Below, one piece after another: positions 1 through 6,714 of a DNA stretch of 64,000 nt. A program made the position numbers and the translations under genes. The notes beneath the pieces are model-generated. The model made no database searches. It was not told where the DNA came from and was given only the letters and a program-made list of their open reading frames with translations. This DNA is from an uncultured Chloroflexia bacterium (GTDB lineage Bacteria > Chloroflexota > Limnocylindria > Limnocylindrales > CSP1-4). Positions within the stretch are counted from its first letter, which is position 1. Every line of letters begins with the position of its first letter. The stretch spans positions 864,199-928,198 of the forward strand of contig CAVSEN010000002.1 of the NCBI GenBank assembly GCA_963727055.1. Reading direction: 5' to 3'.

Positions 1-2
1 CG

Positions 3-650
3 ATCACCTACTTTTCGCTGGCAGCCGGACCGACCAGTGGGTACACGATGTTCTCCGGGGTGGGCGATCAGGCGGCACATCTTCCCGGTGATCCGGACTT
101 CGAGTCGATCAAGGGCCAGATCCTGTGCCGGATCTCGACATTGGGATACCAGCACCTTGCCGGCAAGATGGATTACCAGCCGGGTTCGATGCCCGACGCG
201 GCGGCCACCCAGATCGCCCAGCAGTACGGCACGTTGTGCAACAAGATCTTCGGCAGCGGCAACATGACGCCGACGATGGTCGCCTCGCCGGCAGCCGAGG
301 TGTCCAGCGCACCCTCGACGCCGGCACCGTCCGTCGCAATCGTGGCCAAGGGCGGCACGCTGGGTCCCGACTTCCCGCTCCCGGTCGGGCTCGACTGCGC
401 CGGCGTGACGAGCACCGACAGCAAGGGCGCGATCACCTGCTCGGCGACCAACGTGGCCGACCCGAAGTCGATCTATCCGTTCTATGTGAACATCCTCCCG
501 GGCGCCGGTTACACGATCAACCATGAGTCCGAAGAGACGTCGAACGGCACCGAGGTCGCGTCGATCCTGTTCGAAGGCCCCGGAGCCGGCGGCTACTCGA
601 TGATCACTGTCGATGGCCCGAGGGTGACGATCACCCTTGAGGCGCCGTGA
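3..650 (+). CDS. hypothetical secreted protein with an Ala/Pro/Ser linker; 5' end probably outside the window
   Basis: The reading frame is open from base 3, and the ATG at 48 is only the first Met. Coding-like composition, stop at 648-650, no recognisable family motif. Confidence 0.5.
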   Translation: MTYFSLAAGPTSGYTMFSGVGDQAAHLPGDPDFESIKGQILCRISTLGYQHLAGKMDYQPGSMPDAAATQIAQQYGTLCNKIFGSGNMTPTMVASPAAEVSSAPSTPAPSVAIVAKGGTLGPDFPLPVGLDCAGVTSTDSKGAITCSATNVADPKSIYPFYVNILPGAGYTINHESEETSNGTEVASILFEGPGAGGYSMITVDGPRVTITLEAP

Positions 651-704
651 CACACCTGGCGCTCACGCTCGCGGGTGTCGGGAGACCTCGGGAACCTGCT
701 CACC

Positions 705-1481
705 CTAGGCGTCCCGCCGCAGAGCGGCAGCACCGAGGATGAGCGGACCGAAGGCGTAGCCGAGCATCACCAATGCCGCCTGCCATGGTGTCAGCAGGGC
801 GCTGAAGACCGAGTCTTGATTGCCGGTGGCGGCCAGCTGACCAGCGAGGGCGCCTGGCACGAGCGAGGAGAGCACGTCGCTCCACGGCGATGGAATGTGG
901 CCGGCGATCAGCGGGACGATGTACCAGACGAGGGCGAGGGCGACGACGGTTGCCAGGCCCGACCGGGTGATCGCTCCAAGCCCGAGCCCGATCAGGGCGA
1001 ACGTCGCAGTTGACAGCCCCATGGCGACGACGAACACCAGCCCATCAATATCGAGCGGCGTCTGGCCACCGATGGGCCGGTCGCCGACGATGGCGGCGCT
1101 GCCCACGAGCGTGACGAGCAGCGCTGCCTCGGTGGCGACGAAGGTCACCAGCGCCACGACGACGGCCTTGGCGAAGAGGACCTGCGCTCAATTCGGCATC
1201 GCGAGGAACGTGGTCCGGATCATGCCGTTGCCAAATTCCGAGGTGATGACCATCGCCCCGAAGACCGCCATGATCAGCGACGCGATCCAGCCCATCAGGG
1301 TCGGCAGCGACCCCAGCGCCGCGTTGGCCCGGCGTTCCGGCGTCAGCCCATCCCAGGTCACGACGAAGTACCAGGCCACCACGAGCATCAGGGCCGTGAA
1401 CACCGCCAGGACGCCCAGGACGAGCCAGGTCGAGCGAGCCGTGCGGAGCTTCAGCCACTCTGCCGCGAGGATGTCAGCCAT
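705..1481 (-). pseudogene. ABC-2 type transporter permease interrupted by an in-frame TGA at 1188-1190
   Basis: Track ORFs 1188..1562 and 705..1157 are in the same frame, separated only by one TGA (..TFLAMPN*AQVLFAKAVVVALVTF..). Start MADILAAEWLKLR at 1481 overlaps the stop of the upstream ATPase. Multiple TM helices typical of ABC-2 permeases. Confidence 0.65.
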
Positions 1482-2400
1482 GGCCCCTCCGCGGGAAGGA
1501 CTGGGCGGCATACTCGGTCGCTTGGGCAGTGAGTGCCAGGTAGGCGTCCTCCAGCGAGGCACTGCGCGACGTGAGCTCGATCAGCGGAATCCCCAGGCGT
1601 GCGGCAATCAGGCCCACGGATGCGGCGTCAAGTCCGGTCACCTGGAGGAGATCGCTGTCGCCTTCGGTCGTCACGATCCCGCCGCCCCGTTCGAGCGCCG
1701 AGGACAGTTCTCCAGCCCGTGGCGAGCGCACGATCACACCCGTGGGATGCCGATCGGCGAGTTCGGCGACGGTCGTGTCCGCGATCAGCCGACCGCGGCC
1801 GATGATGATCAGGCGGTCAGCCGTGATCGCCATCTCACTCATGAGGTGGCTCGAGAGGAGGACGGTCCGGCCCTCGAGGGCGAGCGACCGCAGCAGTTCA
1901 CGGAGCCAGCGGACGCCGTCGGGGTCAAGGCCGTTGACCGGCTCGTCGAGCAGCAGGAGTGCCGGATCGCCGATCAGAGCGGCGGCGATCCCCAGCCGCT
2001 GCTTCATCCCGAGCGAGTAGGTCGCGACGCGCTGCCGCGCCACGCCGCCCAGGCCGACTTGTTCGAGGAGCGACTGCACCCGTCCGCGGCCGATCCGGTG
2101 GCTTCTCGCAAGCCAGCCAAGGTGATCCGCCGCGGACCGCCCTCCATCGACCGCTCCGGCGTCGAGCAGCGCACCAACCTCGCACAACGGGCGAGCGATG
2201 CGCCGGTAGGGACGTCCGCCGATCAGCACGCTGCCGGCCGTGGGCTCCGCCAGTCCCAGAGCGAGACGCAGGGTCGTGGTCTTGCCTGCTCCGTTTGGGC
2301 CGAGGAACCCCGTCACGAGCCCGGGGCGGACCGTGACCGAGAGGTCATCGACGGCCAGCGTCGCACCGTAGCGCTTGGTCAACCCCCGCATCTCGAGCAT
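1474..2400 (-). CDS. ABC transporter ATP-binding protein
   Basis: Walker A GPNGAGKTT, signature YSLGMKQRL, Walker B LLLLDEP. Translationally coupled to the permease downstream. Confidence 0.92.
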   Translation of the reverse strand: MLEMRGLTKRYGATLAVDDLSVTVRPGLVTGFLGPNGAGKTTTLRLALGLAEPTAGSVLIGGRPYRRIARPLCEVGALLDAGAVDGGRSAADHLGWLARSHRIGRGRVQSLLEQVGLGGVARQRVATYSLGMKQRLGIAAALIGDPALLLLDEPVNGLDPDGVRWLRELLRSLALEGRTVLLSSHLMSEMAITADRLIIIGRGRLIADTTVAELADRHPTGVIVRSPRAGELSSALERGGGIVTTEGDSDLLQVTGLDAASVGLIAARLGIPLIELTSRSASLEDAYLALTAQATEYAAQSFPRRGHG

Positions 2401-2461
2401 GCCACCATACTGGCGAACCGGACCTTCGCGCGCATCGGAGGACAGGTTTGGTCCTCCCGGA

Positions 2462-2565
2462 GGCGCCCGACAGCCGTTGGACGGGCGATTACGAGTCCTG
2501 CCATGAGTGGCTCGCTCGGCGGCGAGGCAGTGCGCCGGCGATCACGATCCCGCGGACAGGTAAGA
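2462..2565 (-). repeat. inverted partial copy (H) of the tRNA-3'-end/LuxR-leader repeat family
   Basis: GGCGCCCGACAGCCGTTGGACGGGCGATTACGAGTCCTGCCATGAGTGGCTCGCTCGGCGGCGAGG aligns with the reverse complement of copies A and C (GGCGCGCCCGACAGGTGTTGGGCGCGCGTTAGCAACCTACGAG..GAGTGGCTCGCGGCGGCC). It breaks off ~30 nt before the tRNA. Confidence 0.6.
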
Positions 2566-2593
2566 TGACGGCCGCGGCGATCCGCCGCCTCGC

Positions 2594-2665
2594 GCGCCTG
2601 TAGCTCAGTGGATAGAGCGTCGGCCTCCGGAGCCGAAGGTCGCAGGTTCGAATCTGTCGGGCGCG
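2594..2665 (+). tRNA. tRNA-Arg (anticodon CCG), atypical T-arm
   Basis: Acceptor GCGCCTG/CGGGCGC (one T-G pair), D-arm GCTC-AGTGGATA-GAGC, anticodon arm TCGGC-CTCCGGA-GCCGA. The T-arm GCAGG-TTCGAA-TCTGT has only a 6-nt loop and two G-T pairs. Total length 72 nt, one short of canonical. Confidence 0.75.
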
Positions 2666-2682
2666 CCCTGTCGGGCGCGCCA
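2654..2682 (+). repeat. tandem duplication of the 14-nt tRNA 3' end (CTGTCGGGCGCGCC x2); the second copy carries CCA
   Basis: Read directly: aatCTGTCGGGCGCGCC-CTGTCGGGCGCGCCAaag. The same 15-mer ends repeat copies A, C and D. Confidence 0.85.
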
Positions 2683-2800
2683 AAGCAACCTTGTCCGGCA
2701 GTGCGACCGCCAGTCCGTGCGCATACGCCGACGGCGTCAACCTGACCGACACGATCGTCCTTCCTTGAACGGCTTCGATCTGGTCATGGCGTCCGGCGGG
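2683..2800 (-). pseudogene. C-terminal remnant of an unidentified gene (possibly a recombinase) abutting the tRNA 3' end
   Basis: Minus-strand peptide ..DQIEAVQGRTIVSVRLTPSAYAHGLAVALPDKVALARPTG matches remnants at 19847-19965 and 16650-16715 and the N-terminal part of ORF 13585..13977. No start codon and no upstream domain. Confidence 0.3.
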
Positions 2801-2963
2801 AACCGGGGTCGACGGTCGGCTGGTCATCGCTGTTCGTCCGGCTGACGGCATTTGACTCCGGGCGTCCATCGCCCGGCCTTCGCCTTTACCACGGAGGCGA
2901 AGCCCGTTCAGTATGGCTCTAGGCTCGGCGTCGTCGTTGCCATCAATCGGCATGCAGGCATTG

Positions 2964-3015
2964 TTGACAGATCCTCTGAAGGGTGTATCTTACAAGGTAA
3001 GTCTTACCTTGTAAG
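2964..3015 (+). promoter_or_regulatory. sigma-70-like promoter plus a perfect palindromic operator upstream of the membrane-TetR-membrane operon
   Basis: TTGACA (2964-2969), 16-nt spacer, TATCTT (2986-2991). The -10 overlaps a perfect 13-bp inverted repeat CTTACAAGGTAAG-t-CTTACCTTGTAAG (2989-3015), 31 nt before the ATG at 3046. Confidence 0.55.
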
Positions 3016-3045
3016 GTTGCCAGTCGTCCCGCTGACGGCCGGGGA

Positions 3046-3765
3046 GTGAACATCATGGGAACGTACCCAACCGCGCCAACGACTGGGCGCGAGATCAGTG
3101 GAACAAAGGCAGTCGCCGCGGCCCTTGGCATTTGCGTTGGCCTATCGGGATTGGATCACGGCTTCTCTGAAGTACTCCAGGGCAACACACCAACGGGAGG
3201 GCTCATCGTCCAGGCCGTCGGCCCTGCCCAACGGATGTGGATCTACGGCACCGAGGAGGCGTTCGCCCTCGTCCCGAACTTCCTGCTGACCGGCTTCCTG
3301 GCCATGCTCGTGGGGTTGGTGACGATCGCATGGTCGATCGGTTTCATCGGCCACCCGAACGGAGGCCGCGTCCTCCTCTTGCTCGGTGGGCTGCTGTTCC
3401 TGGTGGGTGGGGGCATCGGGATGCTCGTCTTCCTCATGTCCGGCTGGTTGGTTGTGCGGCGGATCCACCGGCCGCTCGTATGGGTGCCATCCCGCCTCTC
3501 CGGGACGGTGGGCAAAGTCCTCTTGACGGCGTGGCCGGGGCTCGTCGTCGTAGGGCTGGCGCTGTATGCGTTTGCCCTTGAGATCGCGATCGTTGGCGTT
3601 GTTCCCGGTGTGTCCGATCCGGATGCGGCGCTCACCATCTGCTGGCTCGCCCTGCTGGGCACGCTCGTCTCCATGGGCCTTGCCCTCGTCGGCGCCTCCG
3701 TAGCGGCCGTCACCGGCGCCTCAGTCAGGCCCCGGGTCAGAGCCGCCGTGGCTGGCCCGGGGTGA
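3046..3765 (+). CDS. hypothetical integral membrane protein
   Basis: GGGGAG RBS before the ATG, 6-7 predicted hydrophobic helices, 4-nt overlap with the TetR gene downstream. Confidence 0.7.
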   Translation: MNIMGTYPTAPTTGREISGTKAVAAALGICVGLSGLDHGFSEVLQGNTPTGGLIVQAVGPAQRMWIYGTEEAFALVPNFLLTGFLAMLVGLVTIAWSIGFIGHPNGGRVLLLLGGLLFLVGGGIGMLVFLMSGWLVVRRIHRPLVWVPSRLSGTVGKVLLTAWPGLVVVGLALYAFALEIAIVGVVPGVSDPDAALTICWLALLGTLVSMGLALVGASVAAVTGASVRPRVRAAVAGPG

Positions 3766-4340
3766 CGCGCCGCAGGCGCGAACGGCCGCTGACGCGCGAG
3801 GAGCTGCTGGACGCGGCGCTCGGCATCGTCGACTCGGAAGGCCTTGACGCCCTGACGATGCGCCGGCTGGCAGCGGCGGTGGGCGTCGAGGCGATGTCGC
3901 TCTACTACCACGTGCCCCACAAGGAGGCGCTGCTCGACGGGATCGTCGAGCGGATGCGCTCGGAGATGCGGCTCCCCGAGACCGCGCCCGATGACTGGGC
4001 CGACGCCCTGGAGGCCATCTTCGTCGAGTACCGGCGGGTCCTCGCGGCACACCCGAACATGCTCCCCCTGGCGGCCCGCCGGACCGACCGCGCGGGGGCA
4101 TCCGGCCTGCTCTACCTGATCGAGCAAGGCGTGGCGACCGACGACGCGGTGGAGCTGTACCAGTCCCTGGTCGCCTTCACGCTCGGCTACTCGGTGATCA
4201 GCTCACCCCTCGTCGAGACGGAGTGGGCGGGGTTGCCGGAGGCCCTCGGCGAGCGCCTGCGCGAGTGGCGGGACACCACCTTCCGGCGGACGCTGCGGAT
4301 CGTCATGGACGGCTACCGCGCTGGGAAAGGAGCGATGTGA
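3762..4340 (+). CDS. TetR/AcrR family transcriptional regulator
   Basis: N-terminal HTH ELLDAALGIVDSEGLDALTMRRLAAAVGVEAMSLYYHVPHKEALLDGIV. Coupled to both neighbouring genes (GTGA and ATGTGATG overlaps). Confidence 0.9.
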   Translation: MTRRRRERPLTREELLDAALGIVDSEGLDALTMRRLAAAVGVEAMSLYYHVPHKEALLDGIVERMRSEMRLPETAPDDWADALEAIFVEYRRVLAAHPNMLPLAARRTDRAGASGLLYLIEQGVATDDAVELYQSLVAFTLGYSVISSPLVETEWAGLPEALGERLREWRDTTFRRTLRIVMDGYRAGKGAM

Positions 4341-4825
4341 TGGTGAAGACGATCACGGGCACGCTGCCCTGGGGAGTCGTCCTGCTGGCGATTGGCGTGG
4401 CGATCTGGTGGTTGCTCTCGCGGGACATGGCGGCGGGCCGATGGCTGCTCGCCGCCCTATTGATCGGCCATGGCGTGGTCCATGTCTTCTTCGCTGTGCC
4501 TACGCCTGCGGCATCCGACGGTGGGGCTGCGTGGCCGTTCGACATGGCCGAGTCGTGGGTGGTCACGCGAGCAGGGCTCGATCTCACCCTGGTCCGCGGC
4601 ATCGGGGTGGTCCTGATCGCGGTCACCGTCGGCGCCTTCGCCCTTGCGGCGCTGTCGACGGTTGGCCTCATCGTCCCGTCCGGGTGGTGGCAGCCGACCA
4701 TCGCGGTTGGGGCCGTCGCGTCGGCGGCCATGCTGGTCCTGTTCTTCGAGCCCCAGCTGGTGCTCGGCTTGGGGATCGACGCCGTCCTGCTATGGGTGGT
4801 GGTGACCAGAGCGTGGGTGCCCTGA
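4340..4825 (+). CDS. hypothetical membrane protein
   Basis: The ATG at 4340 overlaps the TetR stop. Four hydrophobic helices (MVKTITGTLPWGVVLLAIGVAIWWLL...). Confidence 0.7.
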   Translation: MVKTITGTLPWGVVLLAIGVAIWWLLSRDMAAGRWLLAALLIGHGVVHVFFAVPTPAASDGGAAWPFDMAESWVVTRAGLDLTLVRGIGVVLIAVTVGAFALAALSTVGLIVPSGWWQPTIAVGAVASAAMLVLFFEPQLVLGLGIDAVLLWVVVTRAWVP

Positions 4826-5005
4826 GCCGACGGGTCGTCGCTCCGACCTTGGTCCGCGTATTCGCGACGTGGTGCTTGACGGTCGAGTGCGACACGCCGA
4901 GCCGGTGGGCGGCTGCCTTCTCCGATCCGGCGACGAGGACCGCTGCGACCACCTCGACCTCACGGTCCGTGGCGCGCTCCGCAGGCCCCGATCGGAATGT
5001 GGATC
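4826..5005 (-). pseudogene. LuxR/GerE-type HTH gene fragment (copy E), truncated at both ends
   Basis: ERATDREVEVVAAVLVAGSEKAAAHRLGVSHSTVKHHVANTRTKVGATT, then homology is cut by the stop of the convergent gene at 4825. An in-frame TGA lies upstream and there is no start. Leader remnant GGCCCCGATCGGAATGT only. Confidence 0.55.
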
Positions 5006-5025
5006 ACGTCGCTCTCGTCTCCGGC

Positions 5026-5751
5026 TCACGGGCTGGCCTCGCCCCAGTGCTTCGCAGCGCACGCCGGAAGACGACACTCAGAAGCACACCAGAGGCGATG
5101 AGGACGATCCAGTTGATCGAGAGGACTGCAGACCTCGAAGGCGATGAGGTCGCCGCCGACGATCCACAACCCGACCAACGCCGCGACGGCCAGGACGAAG
5201 CCGCCGATGAACAGCCAGCGGATGGCGCGCTCGATCCGGCCGCCCTCGAACACCGGAGCGGCGAACACGAGCGCGAGGCTCAACGCGAGGTAGCCGAACG
5301 CCTCGCCGGCGATGAACAGTCCGTGCGGGTTGTACTGGGTGAAGAGCGACAGGCCCTCGGTCTCACCGGCCTGCAGGCTCGGGATGACGACCGCGAACTG
5401 GGTGAAGTAGTCGACCCCGATGACGACCGCGTAGGCCAGCGCGAAGGCCAGGGTGATTCGGCTGAAGATCCTCCGCGGCCCCGGGGCGTAGTCGTGGACG
5501 GCTGCCATGAGCACGACGACGACCGGCGCCAGCAGGATGGCCGGAATCAACCACAGGTAGTCGCCGGGGATGAACTGGGCGACATCTGTGTACGGCGCAG
5601 GGATACAGGCCCACGTGGTCGGACCGCAGAACGGGCCGCTTCTCGCGGGGGTCGCCACCCCTGCGACGGCGGTCGCCGCGGTGAGGAGCACCGTCAGCAC
5701 GGCCGCCCAGAACCCGACCCGGTGGCGCATCGCTGGGCTGCGGCCTCCCAC
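5026..5751 (-). CDS. hypothetical integral membrane protein
   Basis: Several TM helices (FWAAVLTVLLTAATAVAG.., LWLIPAILLAPVVVVLMAAV..). The likely start is MRHRV at 5730. The C-terminal 35 aa look non-native. Confidence 0.6.
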   Translation of the reverse strand: MGGRSPAMRHRVGFWAAVLTVLLTAATAVAGVATPARSGPFCGPTTWACIPAPYTDVAQFIPGDYLWLIPAILLAPVVVVLMAAVHDYAPGPRRIFSRITLAFALAYAVVIGVDYFTQFAVVIPSLQAGETEGLSLFTQYNPHGLFIAGEAFGYLALSLALVFAAPVFEGGRIERAIRWLFIGGFVLAVAALVGLWIVGGDLIAFEVCSPLDQLDRPHRLWCASECRLPACAAKHWGEASP

Positions 5752-5892
5752 CGCGGACGCGCATGAACCGGGTCCACACCTGGAGGACGGCGCGTCTTAG
5801 CGCCCCGAGGCCTGTGGATAGCGTGTCGGTTCCCTTGGCGATTGACCAGTGCCACTCGGCCCGATCAGGAGGCGAGCTGGCTGCGGTCAGGC

Positions 5893-6213
5893 TCAGGCTG
5901 CGTCGGGAGCGTTCGGTCCTCGCGCCGCGGCAGGGCCACCGAGCGCGAGTGTCTCGTGCCGGTGATCCGAGCCCACGGGCTCGGGCAACCGCAGGGCGAG
6001 GATCCACACGAGCTGGGCCGTCGTCGTCGCCCCGACCTTCGACCGCGCGCTCGCGAGGTGGTGCTTGACGGTCGAGTGCGACAGGCCGAGTCGGTGGGCC
6101 GCGGCCTTCTCGGAGCCGGCAACGAGAATGGCTTCGACCACGCGGACCTCGCGCTCCGTCGCTCGACCCGGATTCCGTTCTCTCACGCCATCCGCCGGGC
6201 CGCCGCGAGCCAC
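5893..6213 (-). CDS. small LuxR/GerE-family HTH regulator (copy A)
   Basis: Conserved GTG at 6213, 9 nt after GAGGG. HTH EREVRVVEAILVAGSEKAAAHRLGLSHSTVKHHLASARSKVGATTTAQLVWILALRLPEP. The 497-aa track ORF 5893..7386 is a shadow extension. Confidence 0.75.
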   Translation of the reverse strand: MARGGPADGVRERNPGRATEREVRVVEAILVAGSEKAAAHRLGLSHSTVKHHLASARSKVGATTTAQLVWILALRLPEPVGSDHRHETLALGGPAAARGPNAPDAA

Positions 6214-6280
6214 TCGCCACGGCCCTCGATCGGGATCTCGTAGGTTGCTAACGCGCGCCCAACACCTGTCGGGCGCGCCA
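6214..6280 (+). repeat. repeat copy A: LuxR leader ending in a tRNA-Arg 3'-end copy (CTGTCGGGCGCGCCA, 6266-6280)
   Basis: CGCCACGGCCCTCGATCGGGATCTCGTAGGTTGCTAACGCGCGCCCAACACCTGTCGGGCGCGCCA. About 85% identical to copy C. Homology stops exactly after CCA. Confidence 0.8.
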
Positions 6281-6714
6281 CCGACTGCCTCGAGTCCTGC
6301 TCTAACCTCGGGTCGCCCAACGGCGCACGGCGGATCTAGGCCTGCACGAGACGAGACGTCCGCTGAGCCACTGCCGAGTGTCATGGCCCGCACAGTCGGT
6401 CGAGCGACCCTTGTTGCACGTGAGGTCTCCTGGCTTCTGCACGGTGGGTATCCAGGGGAGTACGACGGGTACCTCGATGGCATTGCGGAGCGACTGGCAA
6501 CGGCAAGCCAGCGCGGCGTTTGCTGCTCGTAGGCCCACCAGGCCTGCGATCGAGTTGCGATCGACGCCGCGCACTCTGAGGACGTACCAAGGTGAGCACG
6601 CCCACGGAGGAGAACACGATGACCCGGTTGCACCACTTGGGATCCCGGCGCCGCGTCTCGCGGAGGATCTGGACCGGGGCGGCAGGAGCAGATTGCTCGC
6701 AGAGGGGGCGCTCT

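Noticed and set aside
1188-1190. In-frame TGA as selenocysteine or programmed read-through
   Set aside because: A membrane permease loop has no redox context for Sec. No SECIS-like hairpin is evident immediately downstream. A CGA to TGA nonsense change is the simpler explanation.
895-2568. 557-aa plus-strand ORF spanning the ABC transporter genes and ending next to the tRNA
   Set aside because: It is antisense to two genes with clear Walker and ABC-2 motifs. Its composition is Arg/Ala/Pro/Ser-rich, typical of shadow frames in 70% GC DNA, and it has no motifs.
6214-6280. The conserved block as a riboswitch or structured leader RNA of the LuxR genes (8-bp hairpin GCGCGCCC-N10-GGGCGCGC, plus possible SD-sequestering CCC-GAUCGA-GGG)
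   Set aside because: The hairpin arms are just the tRNA acceptor-like GC palindrome. The diverged copy D breaks the stem without compensatory changes. Similarity ending precisely at CCA is better explained by tRNA/att ancestry. A promoter or leader role is not excluded.
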